NCBI GenBank assembly: GCA_023379265.1
Contig: JAMCUI010000007.1
Coordinates: 14,780-78,779, forward strand
DNA length: 64,000 nucleotides
Origin: Patescibacteria group bacterium
Lineage (GTDB): Bacteria; Patescibacteriota; Microgenomatia; 2-02-FULL-39-11
Direction of reading: 5' to 3'
Positions 36,126 to 46,335 of the stretch are shown here, in pieces (position 1 is the first letter of the stretch; every line of letters begins with the position of its first letter). The notes beneath the pieces are model-generated. The model was not told the DNA's origin. It searched no databases and saw only the letters and a program-made list of their open reading frames with translations. Made by a program: the position numbers and the translations under genes.

Positions 36126-36650
36126 TTATTGTGTCACTTTCACCACACCAGTGTCTGACGGTAACATATGATTGTGATATCCCCAGTTTCCGACTTTTTC
36201 AAAAGTATAAGTATACGTTCCATCTTTCCCAATGCTGCTTAATTGATCAAATCCCGGCAAATCGGTATGAACCGGATGTGGATTTGAGGCTACCCACATC
36301 AGTGAACCGGTCTTATTTATCCAAGTAACTGATGTACCTATCTTTATATTAATGATATTTGGCACAAAACCATTATCAGTATAATCAACCGATTCTTTTA
36401 CCATAGATTGCCCTCTTTCTGAAGCCGAAGAAGAACCAGCAGCTGAACTTGAAGCGACAACGTTCTCGTTTTTTATAGTACTTGATGATCCTGAAGCGGT
36501 ATTTCGCATTACGTTTTGGACTCTTTCGGTCTCGTTTGTTGTACTAACGCTCATTTCGCTTTTTGACTGTTTACCTTTTACTGCAAAATATCCTGCAGCA
36601 ACCGCAAGTATCACCACTATCAACGCGATTACATAACTTTTAGAATTCAA
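36126..36650 (-). CDS. hypothetical secreted protein (signal anchor, Ser-rich linker, C-terminal beta-rich domain)
   Basis: 174 aa. N-terminal TM IALIVVILAVAAGYFAV, then an S-rich linker. The C-terminal domain has several His but no Cys. Confidence 0.35.
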   Translation of the reverse strand: MNSKSYVIALIVVILAVAAGYFAVKGKQSKSEMSVSTTNETERVQNVMRNTASGSSSTIKNENVVASSSAAGSSSASERGQSMVKESVDYTDNGFVPNIINIKIGTSVTWINKTGSLMWVASNPHPVHTDLPGFDQLSSIGKDGTYTYTFEKVGNWGYHNHMLPSDTGVVKVTQ

Positions 36651-36683
36651 GGTCTATCACCTCCCTCCGAAATAAATAGAGTT

Positions 36684-37163
36684 TCACGTGTGTCTATCTG
36701 CCACTTTTGACGCTCCGTAAGACTCAGGCTTTGTCTTTACCCTAAAACCTGAACCTCTTATCATTCCAACAATTTCAGTTATCATTTCTTTAGTCTCTCC
36801 CCTGTTACCAATATCAACATGTATCTCTACATCATACTTTGTAATCCCATCTTTCTCAAAAACATTCAGAAACTCGTCTGCAGCAACTAGAGATAAGGTT
36901 GCTTCTTTATAAATTCGGCTGCGCAAAACCATGTTTTTTACTTCAACAATCCTCTTCCAGAAATATATCCCTCCCGTTCCAATACGGTGTACCACAATTG
37001 CTGTAACAAAATCTATTCCTGACCCGTTTTTAGGCTGTGAATCTGTCCCTATTACAATCTGGTATTTTTCCTGAGGCAATTTTTCCATAAACTGGAGTAT
37101 TCTTTCACGAACTTCAGAGAGGTTTAACAGACCATATGTGACACTATTATACTGATTATTCAT
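36684..37163 (-). CDS. YkuK/DUF458-family RNase H-like protein
   Basis: 159 aa. IVIGTDSQ...FVTAIVVHRIGTGG...IHVDIG... matches the conserved GTDSQ / ...VVH..G.GG / HvD pattern of the YkuK family. Confidence 0.5.
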   Translation of the reverse strand: MNNQYNSVTYGLLNLSEVRERILQFMEKLPQEKYQIVIGTDSQPKNGSGIDFVTAIVVHRIGTGGIYFWKRIVEVKNMVLRSRIYKEATLSLVAADEFLNVFEKDGITKYDVEIHVDIGNRGETKEMITEIVGMIRGSGFRVKTKPESYGASKVADRHT

Positions 37164-37336
37164 TTTTCTAATTTTCTCAAAGAGGTAGATAGCAAAACGT
37201 TTCCTATTCTACCACACAAATATAATTCATTGACAATTTTAGGTTCAGACTTTTATATCAAGCCAAAACTTGACAAACTGACCATATTAGTATATTATAG
37301 GCCGAATTTCCGCATTATTGCGGATTATATTTATAT

Positions 37337-37702
37337 ATGACTTCAAGCAGATTCATTCTTATATTTTTAGGATTTATTATCCTTATTATTGTTATACTTT
37401 CAAGTAGCCGAATAGCATCAACCCTAAGAGATAAGTTTGGCAACTTTATTCCTCCATCCTTAAGGCTGGCCCAAATTTCTCCTTCGCCTACACCGGTATT
37501 AACTCAAAAAACACCAACGCCTTCTGTCTATATGAAAGTTATATCGGGGGGCAATAATTCTTCAAACAATACTTTTTCCCGAAGCCGTACATCCTCACCT
37601 GAACAAATTCCGGCTACAGGCCCAGAAGATATAGCCTGGCTAATTTTGGGAGGCAGCTTTATTGCTGGAATCTCCCTTAAAAGAATTACTGCAAAGGTTT
37701 AA
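37337..37702 (+). CDS. small secreted protein with C-terminal sortase-like sorting signal (IPATG + hydrophobic + basic tail)
   Basis: 121 aa. N-terminal signal/TM. C-terminal IPATGPEDIAWLILGGSFIAGISLKRITAKV, i.e. an LPxTG-like motif, a hydrophobic stretch and a KR-rich tail. Confidence 0.3.
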   Translation: MTSSRFILIFLGFIILIIVILSSSRIASTLRDKFGNFIPPSLRLAQISPSPTPVLTQKTPTPSVYMKVISGGNNSSNNTFSRSRTSSPEQIPATGPEDIAWLILGGSFIAGISLKRITAKV

Positions 37703-37726
37703 TTTCTCCACACAAAGTCTAACTTC

Positions 37727-38332
37727 TCAATTAATCAATCTCAAAAATGTCAACAACATATAACCAGCAGGATATGACGAAGTTGTTGCTAAATGGGAAG
37801 ATGTTGAGGCGGGAATTACAGGAATTACTATTGATGAATTAGTTGCAATTGGTACGGATAATATCGGAGGAGAAGTCAATACTGGAGTTTCCTCTAAAGA
37901 GATTGTGGGCGTCACTTTCTGTAAAGTATTAACAAATCCTGGCAAATGCATATCAGTATTAACCTTAAAAAACGTAGTAAATAGAAGTGTGGTTACAGCA
38001 ATAAACAAAAAAAAAGTAAGAAGAAATATAAAATAAAACCATATAGGAATACCATCCCCTTTTGCATGAAGAAGTATTTTGGGATTCCTTTCGGGTGATT
38101 GCGAAAATACCGGAATTTGACTAGACGTTGTATTTTCACCAGCATACCACCTCGTCTGATCTGACTCAGTTGAAAAACTAGAGGCAATATCCTTACTTTC
38201 AGATTGATTATTGAGTTTAAAGTTGTCCACAATCACCGACTTATTTGTTAACTTATTTATTTCATTTTGATTTATTATCCTTTTTACGTCAAGCGATAAC
38301 CAATGCAATAAATCCATCCGTAACCTTGCCAA
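37727..38332 (-). CDS. hypothetical membrane protein
   Basis: 201 aa with one central TM (IWFYFIFLLTFFLFIAVTTLLF). No motifs recognised. Confidence 0.3.
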   Translation of the reverse strand: MARLRMDLLHWLSLDVKRIINQNEINKLTNKSVIVDNFKLNNQSESKDIASSFSTESDQTRWYAGENTTSSQIPVFSQSPERNPKILLHAKGDGIPIWFYFIFLLTFFLFIAVTTLLFTTFFKVNTDMHLPGFVNTLQKVTPTISLEETPVLTSPPILSVPIATNSSIVIPVIPASTSSHLATTSSYPAGYMLLTFLRLIN

Positions 38333-38377
38333 TTATCATATTTCCGAATATAATAATTTTGCCTCTGAAAAATTTTT

Positions 38378-39052
38378 ATGCTAAAAATGACTACACCCCT
38401 TTCACTTACGTCACTTAAGAAACAATTCCCGCATATTACCCGCATAATTGCCGCACCGCTTCAAATATTCAGTTTTAGAAATATATTCCTATCCGTAGTT
38501 CTATTATTTTTATCTATCAATACTATCCTTCCCATAACTAACCCAAAAAATCACATCAAGAAAATAAAACAAGAGATTTTAGCCACTCCCTTTACATCAG
38601 CACTTCATGAAGAACTCGGCCAGTCTTATCTGAATATAAACAAAGACGCTTCATATCATGAATATATATTGGCCCAGGAATATTTCAATAACTTAGAGGA
38701 AGCAAATATTCCTGCAAGTAGTGAAAAAGGGAGTAAAGTTTTAGGAAGCCAATCGCAAAACTCAAATATTTTATCAGTATGGGATAAAAATAAAACTTAC
38801 AATACTACATCACCTATGGATAAATTGGGTAACATATTGACGGCTAAAGAAAGGCTTGATCAGGAAAAAGCATACTGGCAATCAGTAAACCTCACACATC
38901 CAAATTATCTGTATGCCTATATGAGATTAGCCGTAATTAGCCTCGAAGAAGAAGATAAAAACAGTGCCTCCAATTATATCAAAATACTCAATCAAAACGC
39001 CCCGTTTGACCCAACAGTTATTGAACTTACCAGGAAATTAAAAGAGGAATAA
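38378..39052 (+). CDS. hypothetical membrane-anchored protein
   Basis: 224 aa with an N-terminal TM. The C-terminal region has helical repeat-like content. No motifs recognised. Confidence 0.3.
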   Translation: MLKMTTPLSLTSLKKQFPHITRIIAAPLQIFSFRNIFLSVVLLFLSINTILPITNPKNHIKKIKQEILATPFTSALHEELGQSYLNINKDASYHEYILAQEYFNNLEEANIPASSEKGSKVLGSQSQNSNILSVWDKNKTYNTTSPMDKLGNILTAKERLDQEKAYWQSVNLTHPNYLYAYMRLAVISLEEEDKNSASNYIKILNQNAPFDPTVIELTRKLKEE

Positions 39053-39073
39053 ATTATACTGTACCAGAAATTA

Positions 39074-39832
39074 TTACTTACCAGCTTCTTTTGCAGATCC
39101 ACTTGTAGCCGCAGCTCCAACAGAAGCTCCTTGTTGTGCAGCTTTTGTTTCATTTCCGCTCGTTGATGCAGTTCCTCCAGCTTCTTGCACTGCGCCTTCA
39201 CCGCTAGCTGCGGGTGCAGCTGTTGCTGCAGCGGCTGCAGCTGCAGCTTCTTCTGCGGCCATCTTCTCTGCTTCTTTTGAAACCAATGGAGCTACTTTAA
39301 CCATTTCAAGCGCTTGGTCGGTTAGTATTTTTACTTTATCAGAAATCTTCAGATCAGCCACTTTTATGGCTTGGTCAATCGAGGCAAGACCTGACACATC
39401 AACCTTTATCTTCTCAGGCAAATCAGCAGGAAGCGCTTCAACTTCTACCTCCGACATGATGTTTAGAAGCACACCTACTTTATCCTTTACCGCAGGAGAC
39501 TCTCCAACCATCTCCAAAGGCACTTTCGTAGTCACTTTCTCTTTAAGATCAACCTGATGGAAATCAACGTGAAGAGGTCGGCTGCTGACTGGATCCATCT
39601 GAATATTATGTATTAAAACCGGCCTAACTTCTCCGTCAACAATTAACTCTACAAGCCCTGTCTCCCCTACTTTGGCATATACTGAAAGCAGTTCTTTTTC
39701 CGAAAGTTGCACTGCATGAGATTTTATTTTCTTACCATATATATTACCAGGGATATTGCCTTCCTGCCTCAGTTTTTTGACTTTGCGGCCGGATATGGTT
39801 CTTTTAGTTGCTTTTAAGGTATGTTTTTCCAT
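39074..39832 (-). CDS. rplY: 50S ribosomal protein L25 / general stress protein Ctc, with Ala-rich C-terminal extension
   Basis: 252 aa. The N-terminus KATKRTISGRKVKKLRQEGNIPGNIYGK is canonical bL25. The C-terminal ~60 aa is an Ala/Gly/Ser-rich low-complexity tail. Confidence 0.8.
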   Translation of the reverse strand: MEKHTLKATKRTISGRKVKKLRQEGNIPGNIYGKKIKSHAVQLSEKELLSVYAKVGETGLVELIVDGEVRPVLIHNIQMDPVSSRPLHVDFHQVDLKEKVTTKVPLEMVGESPAVKDKVGVLLNIMSEVEVEALPADLPEKIKVDVSGLASIDQAIKVADLKISDKVKILTDQALEMVKVAPLVSKEAEKMAAEEAAAAAAAATAAPAASGEGAVQEAGGTASTSGNETKAAQQGASVGAAATSGSAKEAGK

Positions 39833-39937
39833 AATGACAGGACATTATTTTATCTATTAGAAAGGCGAAAGTCAACGGTTATTATAAAATTATGACGCTT
39901 CTTTCTATTCCGTCATTTGTGTTTATAATAAACTAAG

Positions 39938-41104
39938 ATGAAGAAACTGCCCAAAATTTCCCTTTTCCTAACAACTCTTTTTTTTGCTGTCATTTTCTCT
40001 CTTACTTATTCTTATGCTTCCCACCCCAAAGAAACAGTGTTTCTTAGTCCTCTACCGACGGAAAACAAAAGTAAAAGTAATATGATACTAATAAAATCAA
40101 TTAATACCAATAACTTCCAAACATTGCCGGAAAAGACTAATATACTTCTCCTTGGACTAGACGCACGAAAAGGAGATGCAAGTCCTAGATGTGACGCAAT
40201 CCATATGATAACGATTGATAATACTCAAGGAATAATCACAATTACTTCAGTTCCGAGAGGCACAATTGTCAACACGCCTGGAGTAGACAAAGAAAGTGAC
40301 TACATCTCAAATGCATGCCACTATATGGGGATAAAATATGCAGTAGATCTCATCAGTAAAATCACAGGAATAACTCCTGACTATACCGTCAAAGTAGGTT
40401 TTTCTCAAACTCTGGGAATTCTGCGAATGTTGGAATTACCCACTACGCCCGCATTGGAATTTTTGAGAAACCGAAGCCTGCCGTATGGAGACAACCAAAG
40501 AAGTCATGACCAAGCACTTTTTATAAAAGACATTATAGCCAAACATGCGTCCGACATATCATCTTTACCCCAACCGCTTCGCTATATATTGTACCAAATG
40601 GTGGATACTGATATGCCATACAATACCGCCGAGACTATTTTTGATAATTTGGCAAAAGAGGGAACTTTTAAAAATCCAGGTTTAATCACTTTAGTGACTA
40701 AACCGGACAATTCCTATAATCTGCAAAACCTGCATTTTGACCCTGACATTTATGCAAGCGGAGACTGGATGAAAAATACAGATTATGAAAATTACCAGAA
40801 AGATCTGGAAACTTATTTGGATAATTTACTTCTAAAATCCGAAGATTATATCGCAAGTGGAAATGTTCAAGATTCATTTAAGTTATTAAATGTACCGTTT
40901 TCCCAACAATTGTGGCTGCAAATAGATGCGACCGGTAAAAGAAATGATTATCACTATCGTCTTCTCACCGATTATGTTTTGAGTAATCCTGATAAAACTC
41001 AAAATTCTTTCTTAGTAGAGGATTTTGTAAAAGAAATGAAAACAGAAAAACAATTCGATTTTGAAACAAAAGGAGAGAATCTTCTAAAAACGTTACATGT
41101 TTAA
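39938..41104 (+). CDS. LytR-CpsA-Psr (LCP) family cell-envelope phosphotransferase
   Basis: 388 aa. N-terminal TM, then NILLLGLDARKGDASPRCDAIHMITID, the LCP core motif (LGxDxR...R.DT/AI). Confidence 0.7.
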   Translation: MKKLPKISLFLTTLFFAVIFSLTYSYASHPKETVFLSPLPTENKSKSNMILIKSINTNNFQTLPEKTNILLLGLDARKGDASPRCDAIHMITIDNTQGIITITSVPRGTIVNTPGVDKESDYISNACHYMGIKYAVDLISKITGITPDYTVKVGFSQTLGILRMLELPTTPALEFLRNRSLPYGDNQRSHDQALFIKDIIAKHASDISSLPQPLRYILYQMVDTDMPYNTAETIFDNLAKEGTFKNPGLITLVTKPDNSYNLQNLHFDPDIYASGDWMKNTDYENYQKDLETYLDNLLLKSEDYIASGNVQDSFKLLNVPFSQQLWLQIDATGKRNDYHYRLLTDYVLSNPDKTQNSFLVEDFVKEMKTEKQFDFETKGENLLKTLHV

Positions 41105-41116
41105 GTAAAAACTTCC

Positions 41117-42016
41117 ATGCTGACACTAAAACCAATTCCAGAAGACAAAGCTGATGCCCAAACACAAAAAATCTACCACTCTATAAAAAATGCTTTATCT
41201 ACTGATTCTGTACCCTTGATATTCCAGTATTTGGCCAACTTTCATTCATATTTTTTTTATCTTTGGGAACAGGCAAGAAAAAATCTGGCTGATAATAACT
41301 TCCGAAGACAGTCTGACGAGATTAAAAACTTCAGCCAAACTGCCATGGATCAGATATATAAACCGTCGGAATCGACCAAAATCTTTTTAGAAGGTATTGA
41401 GGGGACGGGGGAGAATCATGAACTGTCAAAATTTACAAATTCTGCTCTTCATCTTTACTCTTCGCTTTATCTACTCAGCCTTGCCATAAGAGAAAGCATA
41501 AAGGGTATCTATCTTGGCATAAAACAGATAGGGGAGAGAATGAATGAAAGTGACAAATCTGTATTTGACGATCTATCTGAAGGATTTACCTCTGAAATAA
41601 ATTCAAAATATGATTATCCTGAAAAAACCGTAGGTAATGAATTACTAAAACATGAAACTTCAATAACTAAAATGCCGGGCGGGGGACTGACCAAAAATGT
41701 TTACAGTGAGTTTTTCCGCCTTATGGACATGGAGATGAAAAATCTTATAAAAGAGGAGGCTTATCTGGTACGGCGGGTGGAACTGGAACGCTTTACATTG
41801 TCTCAGCTTCATTTCCTGCCTCATCCTTTAGAATCATCATTCCCCACGGTTATCAGACAAACTTCACATCTACCCGGATTCCCTGAACTAGTTTATCTTG
41901 TCGCCGACCTTTTCCCCACCCAGGCTCCCTACAAACTTCTGGCAACATCAGTGATGCAAAAAGCCCTAAACAGGAGTGTCGGAAATTATTCCCAGACTCT
42001 ATTAAATAAGACTTAA
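41117..42016 (+). CDS. hypothetical protein
   Basis: 299-aa ORF tightly following the LCP gene. No motifs recognised. Confidence 0.3.
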   Translation: MLTLKPIPEDKADAQTQKIYHSIKNALSTDSVPLIFQYLANFHSYFFYLWEQARKNLADNNFRRQSDEIKNFSQTAMDQIYKPSESTKIFLEGIEGTGENHELSKFTNSALHLYSSLYLLSLAIRESIKGIYLGIKQIGERMNESDKSVFDDLSEGFTSEINSKYDYPEKTVGNELLKHETSITKMPGGGLTKNVYSEFFRLMDMEMKNLIKEEAYLVRRVELERFTLSQLHFLPHPLESSFPTVIRQTSHLPGFPELVYLVADLFPTQAPYKLLATSVMQKALNRSVGNYSQTLLNKT

Positions 42017-43099
42017 ATCCAGCTTCGGAAAGCCTAACCTAACTAACGAATTGGTGAATTCTTCTATATTATTTTCTTGCACTTCACCTCTAACCAACCG
42101 CATGAGTAATTTTATCCTATCCCAAAATTCATTCGCTGCACCTTCTCCTTCATTACTACGCAATTCTTCCCTATAATCTACTAGTGCTTTCATATAAGTA
42201 CGTTCATTACCATGCAATACATCCAATGCCATTTCGCTGATTGGAAAGTTAACTAAATTCTTGGCTAACTTTTTCCCTATTGAGCCTCTTTTATTTAAGA
42301 CATCAATTATTCTTCTTTTCATACGAGCTACATTCTCAGCCGCTTTTGCCTTAGGCAATTCATATAAAGCTGCGGCTACCCAACCATTTAACGCCTCCGG
42401 CAATTCATCACTTTTAGGAAATTGAGTCAATTGTTCTTTTGCATCTGGAACATCAACGACCAAGGCAAAGTCTTTCCATAATATAGAAGCACCATATCTT
42501 CCTACCCAATTCTTCTTTTCTTCCAATTTTTTTCTATCAATCAGACCTGCATCTAACAAATATCCTGCCCCTTCACTTGGCTTAAATAAGACGGCGGCAA
42601 TATCGCTTTCTTTATCCACTACCATAACCTCTCGCAAGCGTAAATATGGAATATTTTCTTTCCCATCCATAAATTTACCATCTCTTACTGCTTCGTAATA
42701 AATCTCCCGATTCCATGGTGGCGATGAGTAATCAAAAATAGACAATAAAGTTAACCCGCCTTCCATTTCTTCCTCAACCAGAATGGTGTCTGCAACGTCT
42801 TTATAATTTGGCGTTTCCTTAGGAAGATCACGCCTCAAAAGTACGCAATATTTTCTCTTTTTCTGTGCATCAAAATAAGGCTTAATATCATCTGCATCTG
42901 GAACACTTTCTTGCGCTTTACCCTCATAATTATCTTTAACAGTTGCATGGAGATCTCTTCCAGAAATTCTGCTAAAAGGTTCTAAAGCTTGGCCTAGAGG
43001 AATAAATCCGAATCTTTCAAAATCTTTTCTCACCTCAGTTTTATTTCTTGGTGTAGGTTGCACTACTCTTCCAACATCACTATTACCCTCAATTACCAT
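42002..43099 (-). CDS. hypothetical protein
   Basis: 365-aa ORF, charged, with no TM. No motifs recognised. Confidence 0.3.
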   Translation of the reverse strand: MVIEGNSDVGRVVQPTPRNKTEVRKDFERFGFIPLGQALEPFSRISGRDLHATVKDNYEGKAQESVPDADDIKPYFDAQKKRKYCVLLRRDLPKETPNYKDVADTILVEEEMEGGLTLLSIFDYSSPPWNREIYYEAVRDGKFMDGKENIPYLRLREVMVVDKESDIAAVLFKPSEGAGYLLDAGLIDRKKLEEKKNWVGRYGASILWKDFALVVDVPDAKEQLTQFPKSDELPEALNGWVAAALYELPKAKAAENVARMKRRIIDVLNKRGSIGKKLAKNLVNFPISEMALDVLHGNERTYMKALVDYREELRSNEGEGAANEFWDRIKLLMRLVRGEVQENNIEEFTNSLVRLGFPKLDLSLI

Positions 43100-43104
43100 A
43101 TCTT

Positions 43105-45573
43105 CTATTGTATTGAATTATTAAATGCAAAAATCCTGTCAACCGAAGTGTCTGTAGAATAATATACTTCGCCAGTATTCCCCCCAGAAGTAGATTTGAA
43201 ATTTGCAGGAGAAAAGGAAAACTGGGGGGGGTAGGTAAATGATAATACAAAAGGCGCCACCTTATCACCCCCCTGTTTCTGGAAAAAAAGCTGATATTCT
43301 GAAACAGCTGTTGTAACAGGTCTGGGTAATGTATAAGTAACCTTCACAATTCCTTTATTTTCCGGAGCTATTTTTATAAGGAAGCCAAACGACATTTTAT
43401 CCAACTCATAATTTTGCAGGTCAACGTCATTGGCTGACATTGGAACGTCATTTAGCGTTACGCTATCCAGATGACTTCCCACCGGCACAAAGACACGGAT
43501 ATAATTAGTATATGTATCATTGCTGTAAATCTCTGGCGTGCTGGAGTTTTGATATGAAAGAGTTAAAACAGTAACAATCCTGCCATCTGCCCCTATCTTT
43601 TTTTCAACAGCCTCGGACTTGCTGACAAAATAGTTTGCTTTGTTCACGCCAAGATTTGCTTCGATGATTGAAAGATAATCGGGGTAACACTTATCGGGAT
43701 TTGACAAGTCATTAACCTCTCTGGTTGTAGAGTTAGACAGACATTTTACCTCCACTGTCCTTCCACCCCAACCCTGTTTCTCTATCAAATCCTGTGTTTG
43801 ACCGTCGTTGGAATACAAAAGTAGATTTTTTTCATCAAGCGACTGCTTAATAACGGGCAATAGATCCACCATGGTAAAACCTTTGTTAGAACTCAATCTA
43901 TCTATAAGGACATTTGTCATCGCCGTAAGAAAATCCCTCTTTTGTGTTGAACCCGGAAAAAACTTATTTTGTGAATAGTACTGGGCTTTGAAGAAAAAAT
44001 TCTCTGCGTTTATCTCGTCATTGTTAAAATCAGGCAACTTAACAGGACCAACTGTCTGCAGAATTTTTTGCACGACAAAGAGATTGAAACCAATCACGCC
44101 ATCAGCGCTTTTACCCAATTCTTTATTTAGAAAAAACTCTGCTTGAATACTTGATGCGGCAAAATCTGGATCAAAATTGCTGTCCCTCAGGAAAAAATTT
44201 GGCTGAGACATATATTTCCTAATAGGCAGGGGAGGATCAACGTGCCCTTTAAGCTGACCGTCAGCAGTGTAAACATCTTCTATCTTGAAATCCAAAATTT
44301 TACCATGATCAACTGCCAATAGGCCAAAAGACCCGATGAACCCTCCCGTTGGCCTAAGTTCCATACTATTTTGGAATAGAACCAAGTAAAGCTTGGGTTT
44401 GTCAGAAAGAAACAATTTTTCCATTACCGGCAACATATCCGACACTGATGATAAACGTTGGGAAATAGAGGTAAGAAATGAGAGGTAATCATCCTTGGGA
44501 AAGTATGGCAAATCCACTTCGTCCATCTGTTGTTTTGCTAGAACCATAGATTTTTGCAAAGATATAATTTTCTGATTGAGAGTGTCAAGATCACTTTGAG
44601 TTAAGCTTGAACTCTGGTTAATGAATCCTGAATTTTTTTTCTGAAACTCTATAGTAAATGCAAAAGCATCTTGTCCTGCTGTAAGTAAATCATCAGTTGC
44701 CGAAAGAACATCCCCAATACTTCTCATAAAAGTTGTTGAGCGCAAAGGAAAAAGTAGAGTATCCGAAACCCCGTAGATCTTCTTGGCTAGAAACAATTTA
44801 TTTTTTGCCTCATTCAAATCGATTAAAAGCGCCGTAGGATTGGAGGCTGCCATATCTTTTTGGAAACGGCCGGTAAGATCTTTTACTGAGGAGACATAAA
44901 ATAACATCGCTGAAAAACCAACAATAATTATCAATAAAATAAATAATCCGAAAACAGCAAAACTTTTTTTGGATACTAAGTGTCTTTTTTTTACAAGCAA
45001 AACTTTTTGTTTTTCTTTTGGAAAAACCTCATTGGTAGAAGTCAAAAAATTCTTTTTAACTTCAGGAACAAAATTGTGATTTTCAACAATTGGTTTTTTT
45101 TCTTCAAATGATCGGCTAAATGGTACAGTCTCTTTGGTAAATTTTCGGTAAATATCTTTTTTTAGTGACGATATTTTCCTGACATTTACTATTTCATAAT
45201 TGCTAGAAAATATAGTTTTCAGGAGTATATTAACCAACCTATCTGGATTCCAAAGGCTGATGTCGCCGATACGGACGATTTTTATGCCCCCGGGTTTTTC
45301 CGGTAGTACTTCTTTTTCCGTTTCTATAAAGAGGATTTTCCCGGTTGTCTTGAGATAATTTTTTTGGGCTATCTCAACTGCAGAAAAATTACCGAATTGG
45401 AAGATATAATCGAACTTTCCTAAAGCCGGATAGTATGAATCAGTTTTTGTCACATGGCAACTTAACTCTTCCAATTTTTGCGTAAGAAGATCTGCAATAA
45501 TTGCACCACCAATGATAAGCGTCTGAGGTAATTCTTTTTCCTCAACCAACTCCACAACTTTCCGTCTTTGCAT
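43105..45573 (-). CDS. DUF4012-domain membrane protein
   Basis: 822 aa. A ~200-aa N-terminal cytoplasmic region, a TM (FAVFGLFILLIIIVGF), then YLVLFQNSMELRPTGGFIGSFGLLAVDHGKI...DVYTADG, the hallmark of DUF4012. This family typically neighbours LCP genes. Confidence 0.6.
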   Translation of the reverse strand: MQRRKVVELVEEKELPQTLIIGGAIIADLLTQKLEELSCHVTKTDSYYPALGKFDYIFQFGNFSAVEIAQKNYLKTTGKILFIETEKEVLPEKPGGIKIVRIGDISLWNPDRLVNILLKTIFSSNYEIVNVRKISSLKKDIYRKFTKETVPFSRSFEEKKPIVENHNFVPEVKKNFLTSTNEVFPKEKQKVLLVKKRHLVSKKSFAVFGLFILLIIIVGFSAMLFYVSSVKDLTGRFQKDMAASNPTALLIDLNEAKNKLFLAKKIYGVSDTLLFPLRSTTFMRSIGDVLSATDDLLTAGQDAFAFTIEFQKKNSGFINQSSSLTQSDLDTLNQKIISLQKSMVLAKQQMDEVDLPYFPKDDYLSFLTSISQRLSSVSDMLPVMEKLFLSDKPKLYLVLFQNSMELRPTGGFIGSFGLLAVDHGKILDFKIEDVYTADGQLKGHVDPPLPIRKYMSQPNFFLRDSNFDPDFAASSIQAEFFLNKELGKSADGVIGFNLFVVQKILQTVGPVKLPDFNNDEINAENFFFKAQYYSQNKFFPGSTQKRDFLTAMTNVLIDRLSSNKGFTMVDLLPVIKQSLDEKNLLLYSNDGQTQDLIEKQGWGGRTVEVKCLSNSTTREVNDLSNPDKCYPDYLSIIEANLGVNKANYFVSKSEAVEKKIGADGRIVTVLTLSYQNSSTPEIYSNDTYTNYIRVFVPVGSHLDSVTLNDVPMSANDVDLQNYELDKMSFGFLIKIAPENKGIVKVTYTLPRPVTTAVSEYQLFFQKQGGDKVAPFVLSFTYPPQFSFSPANFKSTSGGNTGEVYYSTDTSVDRIFAFNNSIQ

Positions 45574-45667
45574 ATTGAATTTATTTTACTATACTTCTTG
45601 TTTATGGAAATACAACTTAAATAAGAATATGACCTAAGGGAATAAATATTTGGATAAGGGGAACGGA

Positions 45668-46096
45668 CTAATCCCGACTGTCCAATGCTTTATTTACCAG
45701 ATAATCTGCTCTTTGGTTTTTTTCCCTGGGGATATATGCGTATGAAATATTCCCTTTAACTTCTTGCTCTAACCGTCTTACCTGAAACATCAATTCCCTA
45801 AGATGTGCTTCCTTTACCTTAAAAAGCCCGTTTAATTGGTTTACTACTAATGTCGAATCGAGGAAAAAATGGATCTCTATTTGGTCACTTTGACCCTTTG
45901 TCGCCTTATCACTTTTTAACCATTTCAGTGCCTCAATTACTGCTGCATACTCAGCAACATTATTGGTCGTTTGCCCGATGTTTCGGGACAACTCCGCAAG
46001 AACTTGCCCGTTTTCGGTTTTTATGACTACACCAATGGCTGAAGGTCCCGGATTTCCCCTTGCACCCCCATCAGTATTGATCAATATAGAATCCAT
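45668..46096 (-). CDS. rnhA: ribonuclease HI family protein
   Basis: 142 aa. TDGGARGNPGPSAIGVV...NNVAEYAAVIEAL carries the RNase H1 DEDD-fold signature (DGG.RGNPGP; E in AEY). Confidence 0.75.
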   Translation of the reverse strand: MDSILINTDGGARGNPGPSAIGVVIKTENGQVLAELSRNIGQTTNNVAEYAAVIEALKWLKSDKATKGQSDQIEIHFFLDSTLVVNQLNGLFKVKEAHLRELMFQVRRLEQEVKGNISYAYIPREKNQRADYLVNKALDSRD

Positions 46097-46335
46097 ATGA
46101 TTTTTTACAGAATCGAAACTTAGGGATAACTACTAATATTCCGTTCGTTCTTGATTATTAATAATTTATATTATTTTCCCAAAAACAACAACAGGTCCGT
46201 GCAATGAAAAATTCAGATGAGGATCAGAAAATCCCAAACTTTCTATGTTTTCGTATTTTATATTACTAACAACTCTAACATTTACCGAAAGCAATAAAGT
46301 TATCCTGACTAAAATGATGAAATTTGTAGATAATA

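Noticed and set aside
36126-36650. Cupredoxin (blue-copper) domain in the 174-aa secreted protein
   Set aside because: The His-rich C-terminal beta region superficially resembles cupredoxins, but it lacks the obligatory Cys ligand. No copper site can be supported.
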